Positions 15,760-30,591 of a stretch of 64,000 nucleotides of DNA are shown in pieces (the stretch's first letter is position 1; every line of letters starts with the position of its first letter). This DNA is from the human T2T-CHM13v2.0 reference genome, Homo sapiens: the NCBI RefSeq assembly GCF_009914755.1, contig NC_060926.1. One strand, given 5' to 3'. Both the position numbers and the translations under genes were made by a program. A model generated the notes under the pieces. That model searched no databases. It was not told the origin of the DNA and saw only the letters and a program-made list of their open reading frames with translations.

Positions 15760-16950
15760 CTTTGCTGTCCTTTGCAGCAAAACTTCCAGAAAGACTGTAT
15801 GTAATGTCTCTAATTCCTCTTCTTGCTTCTTTCTCAAACCCAAGTAGACGTTGGCCCCAAAAACTCTCATCAAGGGAAATGCTGACCTCCATGTTACTAA
15901 GCCTAACACAGCAGAGGTGACACTGGTAATAACTCCCTTCCCTTCTTGAGATCCCCTTTCCTCGTGGCTTCCCGAAGCTATACTCTACGTTTTCTTCCTA
16001 CCTACTGATCCCTTCTTCTCTTTTCTGCTGGTTCCTTCTCATCAGACTGACCCCTTTAGGTAGGGATACACCACAGGTCAGCCCTCGTCACCTGCCCTCA
16101 CTCCCTGGGTTATGACATCCAGGTTCAAGGCATTAGATGTCACGTGTATGCTCACAACTCCCAAATCTACACCTCCAGCCCAGATACAGATTTCGTTCTC
16201 CAAACTCCAGACTTGTGGGTCACCTCCACTTGGATGTCTAAGAGACAACTCAAACTCAATAAGCCCAAGTGAGTAAGTAAACTCTTGCTCTTGCCCCCAA
16301 AACCTGCCTCACACATAGTTTTCCTCATCTCAGTTGATAGTAACTTCTTCCTTTCATTTGCTCAGAACAAATATCTGTCCTCAGTTCCTCTGTCTGCCAA
16401 CCAAGCTGTCAGCCAATCTTACTGGCTCTCCTTCAAAATATATAGAGAATCCAATCTTACCATCTTTGCTGTCCCCATGGTCCCAGCAACTATCACCCCC
16501 CCCCAGATTAGCACAATAACCTGCCAAGCCATGTTCCACTTCTCCCCTGACCCATTACAGCTCATTCTCAGTGCAACAGCCAAACCCATCATTTTCATAC
16601 CTACGTCAGATCATGACACTCCTCTGCTCCAAACCCTTCAATGGCTCCCAATTCTCACAGTAAAGCCACAGTCCTTACTGAGGCTTGGCAGGCCTTGCAA
16701 GACGTGGCCTCCCCTGCCACTTCTCCCATCCCATGTACACCACTGCAGCATGCTGTCTTGTTGCTATCCCAGGCGAGGAGGCACATTCCCACTCAGCCTT
16801 CACTCCAGCTTTCCATCCTACTCCACCTGGCATGTGCCTTCTCCCTGCCATGTCTTCCTGGCTAACTCTACCACGTCCCAGCCTCACTGTTCTCCTGCTC
16901 ACATCTCAATGTCTCAGTGCAGTGACCCAGCCACCCTCTTGATGCTGCAC
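15760..16950 (+). mobile_element. L2 (L2a-like) fragment
   Basis: atgctcacaactcccaaatctacacctccagccc (degenerate YADDSQIY region), cacttggatgtcta, gatcatgacactcctctgctccaaacccttcaatggctccc. Confidence 0.8.
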
Positions 16951-18659
16951 CCAGCTCCCACCCTCCACCCCCATGGGCATCCCCAGCCCTCTTTCCCCTG
17001 CTCTGCTTTTTCCTCTCTCTGTACCACTTACTGTCAACTGCCAAAAGGTTAAAAATCAAAATTCTAACAGGAATTTAGGTAGGCTATGGTGACACAGGAA
17101 GGCTCCTCTGACTTTCAGGTCTGTCTGGTAAAGGGTGGCATGACCCTGTGTGAGGTACTGTCCTGAGGGACACAGTAAGGACCTCGTAGGTACGAATCAG
17201 TCATCAAAGATGGATGAAAATGAAATCGCCAGCAATTAAGAAATCCCAGGGGCATGACCAAAGCTAAGAAGCGTTAAGTTATAGATGGGTTGATTTGTTC
17301 ATCAGCATAAGGGTCAGAGTTGCCCAAAGATGAAAAGGGCACCCCAGGAGGGCACCATCCCCTTCTGCTGGGGGGTTTCAACATGAAAGTGGGGGGTTTC
17401 AGCATGTAGCAGCATGAGCCTCAGCAGGGATGCCACAGAGAGCATAGAGCATCCCTCGGGGGATGGAGGAGGTCTTCATCGCTGATGGAGATATCCAAGA
17501 ATGGGGGAGAGGTGGGCAGAGGGCCTGTCTATACCTTTTGTCAGGGCTTATAGAGAGAAATAGCTGAATGCATACATTTTTCTATTTTCTGCTGTTAATC
17601 CTTTTGTTACACACATAAGGGGTCAACCGTTTAGTGTGTATTAAAAACATGCCAAGGCCTATATGGACACAGATGCTATTCCTGAAGGTTATGTCTGTCA
17701 GATAACAAATACACAGAGCTCAGGAGACATACACGGCTTATGTTCACCTAAATTATGAAACAATGCAGCATTCCCATGAATAACTGAACGAGGAATCGTG
17801 ACAGAAACAGGATTGGTAAAGTACTAAATGGCATGCAGAGAAAAAGGCTGAGAGACATTCTGGGAAACAGCACCCCATGGGGCCAATGGGTGTTTCTAAG
17901 AACTCTGCATATTTTAGGTCTTTCGTACATTAAAACCTAGTTCATGTGGCAGAGACGCTGGAAATGTGGGCTCCCTCCTATATTGCTCTGTTCCCCTCAT
18001 CACCCTCCTTATTCCCACATCATCTTGTGGCCACAGAACACGACCATCTGTGGGAGCACACGCACAGCACACCCGCACACACTACCCCCGGGGAAGGACT
18101 TCTGCTCATGAAAATCAAACAAAGGAGAACAAGGAAAAAGAGGCAGAGAACACAGCGTCCCACTCAGAGCACTGCCTGTTAAGTGTTTGTTTCTGAGGCC
18201 AGCATCTAGCTCTATGATTTATTTTATATGTGCTGTGTTTACATACATCAGTAAATACGGTTTCCATTTCGCTTTGTAACAGCAGCTATAAATTATATGT
18301 TGGAAGTGTTTGGCTCCTCTCTTCCCATAAAGGTCTGGCAGGGATTACGGAGGCCCCAACACGGGAAGGCCCAGGATTGGTGGGGAGCACCTTCTTTCAT
18401 CCATATCCTTAAATTAATTAACTCACCCAATAAGTATCTATTGAGCACAAACTATGTGCCAGGAACCATTAGAGATGCTTCAGTAAGCAGTACCATGAAA
18501 ATGGGACAAAATAAACAAAAATCCCTGGTTTTGTGGAACTTATAATCTAGTGAAATTCATCCACCTCTCTTCAATTTCTACATTCAGAGCTGTCAACCCA
18601 TCTGGGGTTGGACACAGGAGCAGGTAAATGCAAAGCAAATAGGGCCACTATAAATAACT

Positions 18660-18890
18660 ATAGGAATTATTATGAGTGTGAATTGTTTCTGAGGGCTATG
18701 TGCCAGCCACCGTGCTAAGCACTGTAAGTACTAACTCATCTAACAGTCATAAAAATGCTATCAGGAGGTTCTACCATGATTCTGTCACAGATGAGGCAAC
18801 TGAGGCACCAGGCCATCTGGCCAGCAAATGGAGTGAAGAAACTCAGACATTCCAGCTCTAGAACCCACACTCCTCGCTCTGCTCTAGAAC
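18660..18890 (-). mobile_element. MIR
   Basis: ctatgtgccagccaccgtgctaagc and core acagatgaggcaactgaggc. Confidence 0.7.
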
Positions 18891-19522
18891 CGGGCCAATT
18901 ACAGCAGAGAGAGGGGTCCCAGTCAGTATCACTTCCAGAGGCATCTCTTGGTCCCACAGCCCACCCTTTGGTCAGAACAGCAACAGGAGTGTCCAGGCAT
19001 GGTCAACGGGTGCTTGCCACATGAGTAGCTATGGAATGGGATCTGCAAACAGCACCAGGGAGACTCCATTTTCATCTACTGTAAATGTATTGCTAATGCT
19101 GGTTAATCATGTGGAGATAAGTGATTCTACTGCTCAGCCCAATTAAACACACTATTTAATACACTGTGGCTTCAGACAGATCTGTCTCAACAAGTCATTC
19201 TAAATGCTTACTATGTGAACATTTTAATACTTGTCCTCAGCTCAAATCTTGTTGATTTAGTATTTCATTTAATTGGGAATAAAGCTCTCATGTGATAGGT
19301 TCCACTATAGATAATAATAGCTCAGAAAAAACAAATACGCAGAAAAAGAGAGAAAAGGTGATCTCAGACTTGAAAATAAAATCTCAGGAGGGGGCTAGCA
19401 TCAAATAAGGAAGAATTACGCTCACTACTCAGGATTTGTGATATTAATCCAGGATAATCTTGGTTTTCAAGATTTCAGTTATTTCTAATACAAAGGAACT
19501 TGTAGAATTTCATCTCTCTCTA

Positions 19523-19557
19523 GCACGCGCGCACACACACACACACACACATACACA
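19523..19557. repeat. (CG)n(CA)n alternating purine-pyrimidine microsatellite
   Basis: gcacgcgcgcacacacac...atacaca. Confidence 0.85.
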
Positions 19558-19649
19558 AACATAAAATCACTCTCAACAATATACTCGCTTTTCTATTTTG
19601 TTTGCTTTTGTTTCAAAGGTGTTTAAATAACAGAAATGTAGCCAATATT

Positions 19650-19830
19650 TGCCAAATGCTTAGTATATTGTCACTGTGCTAAGCATATTACATACGTCTC
19701 ATTCACTCCCCGCTGCTGCAATAACTCTGCCAAGCAGGTATCATTATCATGTTCTCCACCTCACACATAAGGAAACTGAGGCCCTGAGGAATTAAACCAC
19801 TTGCTCCCCGTCACACGGCTGACAGGTGGC
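19650..19830 (-). mobile_element. MIR
   Basis: cactgtgctaagc...aggaaactgaggccctgaggaattaaaccacttgctc. Confidence 0.65.
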
Positions 19831-20428
19831 AGGCCCAGTTCTTGCTGGTCTCCATAGCTGCACCCATTCCACAGCATTCTACCTCTTCCCTGTATATCTG
19901 AAAGACTGCACAAGATTTCTGACCAAAGAAAGGATGAAAGACACAAGCTTTTCTCACGAAACTGGAAGAGTGACACCTCCTTTCTGGGTGGAATAAACAC
20001 GGGATCACACATCACTTTCAACCAACTCCAAACACAGAAGCCCGGGGGTTCTTGAGCAGCCCCAGGTGCGGAGCTCAGGCCCTGGAGGCTGCAGCTGAAG
20101 GGAAAGCAGCCCTGTAATCTGTTCAGACGCATTCCGGGGGAGAAAGCTTTACGAGAACTGAGAAAGTATGGAAAATAAAGTGGGCTTGCTAATAATCTCC
20201 CTCCAGGTCCCACCCTCCACGCTTTCTGGTCAGTGGTAGTTTCCCACCCTTGAGGCTAGAAAACTTGGCTTAATGATATAAGTCTGAAGGAGCCCAGAGA
20301 GGAAAGAGAAAGCAAAAAGTCTCTAGCACCTTCACACACACGATACATTTTAACGCACTTTCTTCAAATTTCTCATCACAAGACTATAGAAACTGAAACT
20401 GAAGTTTTTTCATGTTAAATGCCTTACC

Positions 20429-20745
20429 TTTTTTTCTGTTTTGTTTTTTGGTTTTTGGTTTTTTTGAGACGGAGTCTCACTCTGTCGCCCAGACTGGACT
20501 GCAGTGGCATGATCTCGTCTCACCGCAATTTCTGCATCCCGAGTTCAGGCAATTCTTCTGCCTCAGCCTCCTGAGTAGCTGGGATTACAGGCATGCGCCA
20601 CCACGCCCAGCTAATTTTTGTATTTTTAGTAGACACGAGGTTTACCGTGTTGGCCAGGATGGTCTCCATCTCCTGACCTCGTGATCCACCCGCCTTGGCC
20701 TCCCAAAGTGCAGGGATTACAGGCGTTAAGCCACTGCGCCCAGCC
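20429..20745 (-). mobile_element. AluS (Sc-like)
   Basis: Reverse Alu with ccaggatggtctccatctcctgacctcgtgatcc. Confidence 0.92.
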
Positions 20746-23470
20746 CAAGTGCTTCACCTTTTAAGACCCCAATGGCCAAACATAAAAGGACTGGAAAATA
20801 TGGAAATATTTCCACTTGCCAGTCTTCATTACGACCTTCAGAACGACCCATCTAAACTACAGAAACCAAGTGCTTCCCTCCAGCATCTGAGATCAAGGTT
20901 TGGGTCTCCACTCTTTCGGGTATACGCAGTACAGGCACTCCACGTTCTAAGCGGACGGAAGCTGCCCATCGAGCAGACAGGAGGAAGCGCAGAGCGTAAC
21001 CATCCGTGCTGTTGCTATGCCACGCTGTCCTGAGGGACGTGGCCTCCGACTGCCATGGGTGAGCGAGGGTGATGGGAAAGATGACACCACGACAGGTGGG
21101 GAAACTGAGTCTCCAGGCTTGCCACACACCCTCATTTCTCCCAGGAGCAATCAGATAGCAAACTTCAATTTGAAAACATTATACATCTCAAATGTAATTA
21201 AGAAATTCGACTGGCATGAATATGTAATGTACACATTGCTTTACAGATGCCTTTTTTGCCCGACAGGCTGGTGCCGACTTTCATTTGGAAGAAATCCATT
21301 TTCATACAAAGGTAACCAAGAGTGACAGGAAATAGGAAGCCTACATCATTTATCTTCTGTGAACTTTAGAAAAAATCAGTTAATTGCTTTTCTAGGAAGC
21401 TATTTTATGGAATCGCAGTGCTTCATCTTTCTATTCTTTTTCATGGCATAAACGGCAATTTTAAAATGCCCTTCATGAAAATTCTATGATTAATCAATAC
21501 ATCTTAGACTATTTAATTACTTATTTTAACAAATAAAATTCTGATCAACCATAAATGGTTTCTCTGTTCTTATAGATGAATTATCAACCACTACGAAAAC
21601 ATCTAGGATACCACAGTCTATTGATTGATATCCAAATTCAGGTGTCTCTTTCCTTACCACTGACTAAGCTATGGGCACCAGCTCCTGGCTTCCTCTGCTC
21701 TCCTGGCTTATCAAATGAATTCTGTTCCCAGCCACTGGAGCCCTCTGCAACAGCAGTTTCAAACTATCACTACTTATTAAATTGCAAACAGAAAACTATA
21801 AATGTGTAGGTTTTGGAATACACTGCTGAAGCTGTAACTTGTCAAACCACCAACTGCAAAAGGCCCAGGACACTCCTGTGTTGTCTCAATGGCTCTGCAT
21901 GTTAGGTTTTTCACACCACTGTCCTATTTTGTGCCCTGCCCCCATCACCTAACATATACATACGTATTTTTAAATTCTACCAAGTTTAGGCTAATGTAAC
22001 TTTTTTCAAATCCAAAATGATCATCTTAGTAATGATTTTATATTATTCCATGAGCCAAAGACAGATACACTATGAAGTTAATGATGCTTAAGCTTCAGGG
22101 TCTCTAAGGCTCTGGGGAGTTGGGGGTCGGGGGGGTGGGGGTGGTACTGTGTTAACACAGTTATATGTCTTTGAAATAATGGCAAAGGTGAGATATTTTC
22201 TATTCCTTCATTTCTAAAGAAGATCCCCAAGACTGCAAATTTGAGGTCCCACAAAACTGTATCTGCCTCTCTAGGTTAACAGTCCCCAATGTTTGAATCT
22301 GGAATTACATGCTGAGCACAAAATATTAATTTGCGTGTGTGCGTGAACAAAAAATAATTCACTTCAGTCAGAAATAAAATTCAGTGTGCTGTGCCCTAGA
22401 ACATTCTAGAGGGCATGCTTTGGCTATTCGTTAGTCCCTGGTCTCTCACCCAACCATAGACAGCTTTCCAAGGGGCACTCCCAGGGAGGCTCACTTAATG
22501 AGGAGTGGTGTTCAGAATAAAAGACTCAGGTACAACAACAAAAATATGTTTTTCATTAAACACAAAACTGAGTTGGAAAAAGCCAGCCAAGAAGCAGGTG
22601 TAAGAGTTAAAGAATTCTCTTGAGGTCTTTAACTTCTACATCAAATTGCACTGGATTTTTCTGCACTAATTACCTATTATTGAAGTCTCAGGAATTACTG
22701 CAAATAATTTGCCATAGCAGCAGGTAGGGTGCAGATGTTGTAAGGGAAAGAATGAAGAGTTTATGAAGTGTAAAACCAGGCAAAGGGATTCAAAATTTCC
22801 AAATTTTTAAAAATAATACAGAATTGTTTTTCTACTACAAGGGTGATGAAGGTGAGGGAATTTTCCTAGGGCTAAAAGGCCAATTTTAAACTTAATTTGG
22901 ACTGTAAATGAGAGAAACTGCAAATTAAAAGCTATGTGCTGCAGTCTAATTTATTCAGTTAATGTAAATTTCTTGGAGGCAGAGATTACATCTTACACTA
23001 AAAAAAAAAAAAAATTCTCTCATTGCATTGCACCTAGTTATTAATCTGATTTTCTTATGAGGAATGTACCTATACGATGCCAAACAGCTATTTTTGTATG
23101 GCCCTCCTTGTTTTTATGTCATTTTTACCTAACCCTTCCAGCCCCCAAATTCTTCACACTGTGATAAGTCTTGCTCTGTAGCTAACATCCTCAAAAACCA
23201 TAGTCAAGTAATAACCTTGCAGGTTATTTTCTTTGGAAATTTCCCTAAAAAACCCTTCTCTACCTCACTGGAAGTTAATGTCTGTACTATTGAGAGGACA
23301 TTTTCATACCAGCAGTATCTTTATTTTTAAAAATATTGGCATGAATATTTTTGAAATTGTCACATTAAATCGTTTTACCTCTTTCAAAAAATAAAAATAT
23401 TTATTCCCTCAAAAGTAAAATCTGGTTGATAAAATTCTTCAGCTTCTATGTTATGATTGTGAATTTTATT

Positions 23471-23604
23471 TTTTTATTTATTTTTTGTAGAGATGGGATC
23501 TCACTATGTTGCCCAGGCTGGTCTTGAACTCTGGCCTCAAGCAATCCTCCCACCTCAGCCTCCCAAAGTACTGGGATTACAGGAATGAGCCACTGTGCCT
23601 GGCC
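23471..23604 (-). mobile_element. Free left Alu monomer (FLAM_C-like)
   Basis: Single arm with own tail; TSD TGATTGYGRATTTTATT at 23454-23470 and 23605-23621. Confidence 0.85.
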
Positions 23605-25614
23605 TGATTGCGGATTTTATTGGAATAGCCTATAAATATTGAACAATGCACCTGCGAAAGAGTATGTCTTAATCTTCTCTTGGAATACTGTCAACAAAGA
23701 TCTCTGAGTTTGAAGGGTAGAAGTAACTCACTACTTGGCTGCTGACTGTGAAATTTAGTCATGTTTTTATTGTGGGAGTGGACTGATTAAACAGACAAGT
23801 GTTATAAGGTTCAAATTACAACATTTCTCCTAATATGCAGTGCTTTTAACTATGATAAACACTGCACCCCCCTTCACAAAAAAAAAAAGAACCCACCCAC
23901 CAATTTTTAACTTTCTTCTACAAACACCTCTTATCTCTTCTCTATCAAAGCATGACTGGCCTTTTTGAAATATTCAGGACAAAAAGTTAGGAAGAGGGCA
24001 GGCTCGCTAGTTCAATGTCACTACATATAGGGGAAATGGAACACTTCCCATAGAAAGCTCTGATTTCTCTCAGCGTGAGTCTCTGTCTGAGGCATCCCCC
24101 TCTCTCTCTGCTAACCAGACACCATACACAGCATGTTCTTTCCAATCTGAGTCCTCAAAGGGCATCCTGAAAGTGTCCAGGTTATTAATGACATACCCAA
24201 AAGCCTCATAAAAACTGCACAGTTATCTGCTTAAGGCTTTACTGGCAATCAAAAATTCATCTTTTTTTGTTTTAACTAGAGTTTTATGAACTCACTGAAT
24301 TCCAAAATAAACAAACATGTAAATTATTACCTAATAAATCTGAAGTTTCTCTGGTAGATAAAAACCATTTTAACAAGAAGTCAATTGAGATTGAAATAAT
24401 GAAGGGGTTCCTGGTGGTTGTAAAAGTCAGTCACCACTGCTCAAAGATATGCCGGAATTTATTTGCTGCTACCAGTCATTTGATGATGACGAATCAAACA
24501 GCCTGATGAATTCAGTTTTGTAAGATGGTACCTACGTGTGTCTCCTACAAACTTTTAAAAACGTAAATGCCTATAGAAATTACATTTTGCTTCCATTAGT
24601 TTCTAGTGAACATTTTCTAGAATCTATCATAAACGTGTAATCAAAAAAAGTTACGGTATACCTGTCACTTGATCTTCTCTACAAAACCAGTGTAAACATC
24701 TCATAGATTAAAAAAGAAGTCTTTTCTAAACGGTGATATGTTGATATCCCTATCAGTCCGTGGTGATCTCTGAGATGATAGTTCAGAAATGTTTAAGCTC
24801 AGCCTTGTCAAAAATGCAACAACAAATGTCAAATCATTGCTTTCATTTGGTTATTAAATCAAATTAAGATACAAAGAATATTCTGGCCACACTGTTACTC
24901 AGTCTTTAAAGAATATGTTAAAAAGAGAAAAAACTGAACAGTTCCTAAGTATAATGTTCTAGAACTCACATTTAATTTTAGTTAGTATACAATATCACAG
25001 CAAAAAATATGTATGCATGGTCATATTTTTTTCTTCATGTACTCTTCACAACCATCATCAATTTGGAATATGGTCTGAGACAGGACAGGATTTCCAAAAC
25101 ATTTGAATAGTTCACCATATTCAAAGTTGAATAATTTAAACAATTAATTTAAAAACTATTATGAGGTTTATTTGGTAAAGTTTGTGTTAAAATATTTCAA
25201 AACACGAAAATGTTAAGAGTTTTGGAACTCTTTTACATAAAAATTTACCTTAAATAGGTAAATAGATACTGAAATTATAGCCTTTAAGTGCTTTTCTTAC
25301 TTCTGAATCACTTATTCACTTATTTCTTAATTTTATTTATACCCTCAGTGAACACTAGCTATTCAGAAGAAAATTCTCAAACTATAGTGAAGGGGACATT
25401 CCTTCCCTAACTAATACATACACACACAACTGCATTTGCTGGAACTCTAAAAATTCAAATTATAATAAATTTGAGATTTTAAGAAATCACTATTTAAGTC
25501 TGCCTCCCCTTTCAGTGACTGCTACAAATCCTACCACATGAAGTTAACCACATCACTGAAAAAAAAGAAACATGGAAACTGAATTCACGAGGGTCAAATT
25601 GTCACTTGTAACTA

Positions 25615-26551
<937 letters not shown>

Positions 26552-26707
26552 TTATCAATCACAGAGCCAGGGTTGTCACATGCAGAATGAGAGCTGAGAG
26601 ATGAAATCGAAATCCTTATCGTCTCTGAAGATGTCTGTCAGCACTTGGTGATGCACCAGAACAGGAAGCCTGTAATGGCCTTGGGGTGCATAAAAAGGGA
26701 TCTATCC

Positions 26708-27055
<348 letters not shown>

Positions 27056-27581
27056 TTACCTGGAAATCAGGAAAATTAACTATTGCAACTTTAAAAAATG
27101 AACTGGATTAAGTCTTTCTATGATTGGATTGTCCTGTAATTGTAGTCCCGTTAGAAGCTTTACTTGAAAATTCAGATTTGGCTCGGGATTAGTCTAAATA
27201 TCATTCTTGCCAGAAATCCAGAGTGACAGGCAAGAGATGTCAATGTGAAGCTTAAAGGAACATGGGGCTAAATGTGCAGGAAGCTGGAATGACCCAGAGC
27301 TCCATGCCGCCTAAGGTATTTGTGAAATCTGGGATGACATTTCATTTTGGAAGCAAGGTTATATTTCTGGCCTTTGGTAAAAATGAGAAATAATCTTAGA
27401 CTTTCTTTCTCATTAGCCCTAACAGGTACTCTAATCCTAGCGTGATCCATGTACGACAAATATGTAACACAACCTCCTTCTAATAGTGTTTGTTTCCTAC
27501 GATCTGAGAAAACATAACAAATGGGATTGACCTTATAATATGTCAACGCGGAGATGAAGTCTGTATTATTGATAAAAATCA

Positions 27582-27956
<375 letters not shown>

Positions 27957-29036
27957 TCAGGAAAAAGAAGAGAGAACAACCACACACACAAATTAAACTG
28001 TAAAGCCCAATGTAACACTTGTGTGAGTGCAGAAGTCTGGTTCGTGGACAAATGGTGATGACAACAAGAACATGGATGAGACAAAAGCCAGAGTCATCAG
28101 GCAGTGTGCTGGGGTGTCTAACAATTACATTCTTTGGGGGGAAAAGAATCCTTAGGACCAGTTCCAACCAGTACTAGGTTTCTCTTCCTGGTATGTGAAA
28201 GAGGAACTGTTTAAGCAACTTTGACAGGAGAAGACTGAAAGTAATCTTAAGGCAGACGGTAATTACAGTGATGTGTAAATAGAAATTATGAGCATATTTT
28301 CTCTATGACAGAGCTTCTGAGTGTTATATGGGAATGCTCCTGTTCTTTTTTTTTTTTTTCCTTTTTGCATGGCTGTGTTTCTGCAGTGATTCTTTCATTA
28401 ACTAGCTCCCTAAAGAGCTGTTAAAACTGCATGCTGCAGTGGTTTTCACAGTTATGAGCCTTCTTCTGATCTCTGTTAATCAGTCAAGTCGTCAAACGAC
28501 TACTGAATCAATTCTTCCTTCTGATATATTTGACACTATCACTCCTCCTAACTATGAAAAATGTGCCAGGAGGAAGGGGTGCAGGCAATGAGGGGAGAGA
28601 ACGGAAATTGAATTATGTTGTGTCATCAAGGAACTCCGCCTTTTGTTGAAGAAAATTAATATCTATTCTCTCAAAATACAATTATGAAGTGGCCAGGCAC
28701 CAGACAACTGGAAGAAATGAGGAAGAAATAAAGTGTTCCTTCCCCCTAATAAGGAGAAAACAAAGGGGCTAATTCAACTAGTGATGAGGAAGTGACCTGT
28801 TTACTGAAGGAAGGAAATGCACTTGTTTTTCTGGCTCCCTGGATAAAGAAATCTGGCCTCCGTGTAGACAACAGAACCAACACTACCAATCAAAAAGAGC
28901 TTACAGATCCCTTAAGATGAGCTCTGTCCTCCTTTCCCAGCAGAAGCAGGTGGGTTCAGTGACCTGGCCATCATTCTGCTTCCAGCTCCCACTTGGTCTA
29001 GTGGGCAGATGCTGAGCTGGGAGTTGGCACACTCAC

Positions 29037-29141
29037 CTGCGAAATGTGGTTCTCCCCAAATCAGCGACATGGGGATGGAAAAGCCACTCGGTCTCTCTAC
29101 GCCTTAATGACTTCATTACAAAGCAGGGGCGTTTCATGGCA
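29037..29141 (-). CDS. Candidate additional AFF3 exon, 105 nt in frame: (C)AMKRPCFVMKSLRRRETEWLFHPHVADLGRTTFR(S)
   Basis: Consensus donor CAG|GTGAGT, acceptor ttataacag|, GCCATG at 29140-29135, stop-free and phase 2 to 2; no transcript evidence available here. Confidence 0.45.
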
Positions 29142-30012
29142 CTGTTATAAGGCTTAAATGTGAAGGTAATCTATAAAATGGCTTTGGAGTAGCTTTAGGT
29201 GCCACAAAATCCAACATATTGCTAATAAAATATTGTTAATAATAAAAGGATCTGTGGGTTCAAAGGAACTTATAAAAATTGTGATTTTTAAAAGCTAAAT
29301 AACTATCTTTAGTAAAACAGAAAGTATATGTATCATGTAGCTGTAGGGGGACACACAAATTATTGTAAAATAAATATTGCTTATCCTAGCTCTGCCCGTG
29401 TGGCTGGGGTACAGTTTAAATTTGCTGTCTAAGGGGTGATGCGATACTAAACATGCTTCTGGCAAGGCTGCTGCAGCACCTAAGGCATTTAATTTAAATT
29501 TAAGGTTAGGGAATGTAAAGATATCCAGAACATGGAGCCTATTAGCATTTTAATTCATCCTTAGTATATTACCCACAGTTATTAGATTTGGGAGTCCAAC
29601 CAGTGACCTTCATATAACGGGGACTGCAGCCTCTAGAATCTTCTACCAACTGAGAGGCTCACAGCGCTAACATCACGATCACTGATCACTAAGAACTCTC
29701 TGGGGTGGCTGTGGTGACAGTGACCAGCCTAAGGAAAGCAGGAGATGGGAAAGACACTCTTATTCACAGAACCAGACTTCCAGTTCCCAGTAGAGGGTAT
29801 GATGGTCCTGCCCTGCTTGTGGACATTTGTAATATGAAACCCCGGCTTTCAGGAACATTCCATGGATTTAAAATGGAGACTGCTCTGAGGATATATGACC
29901 CACACTGCAGATGGATATGAAGTAGCCTTTAATCAACAGGAGAATTCTAGTTTCATTATGCACTTCTAGCTTTTGGAACAATATTGACACCTGCAGTTAG
30001 AAAACAAAAAGC

Positions 30013-30322
<310 letters not shown>

Positions 30323-30516
30323 TCATAACTCTCCCCTTTTCCCATACATAGCAGGGACTCCCACACACATGCTTGCTGCCCTCAGTCAGGTCAACCCAAC
30401 CAGACACACAAGACTGGTGTGATGCACGAAGTGGCCTCATGTAAGATGGAGCAGGCAGGTGGTCATTGAGAATGATTTCTGGGCTTCTCAGAAGGCCCCC
30501 ATGCCCAAAATAATAC

Positions 30517-30591
30517 CTCCTGCATCTGCTGGCTGATGACTGAAATTCCACAACTAGAGAGTCATTCCTCTGGTTTAAGATGTCTTCACCC
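30517..30591 (-). CDS. AFF3: AFF3 75-nt in-frame cassette exon (phase 2 to 2): (W)[24 protein letters not shown](S), +25 aa isoform
   Basis: Acceptor tttcttgcag|GGGTGAA, donor AGGAG|gtatta; stop-free, multiple of 3; matches the 25-aa insert I recall for the longer AFF3 isoform. Confidence 0.88.

Noticed and set aside
16285-17052. 255-aa plus-strand ORF
   Set aside because: Lies in a degenerate C/T-rich L2 fragment, non-ATG start, no intact reverse transcriptase motifs
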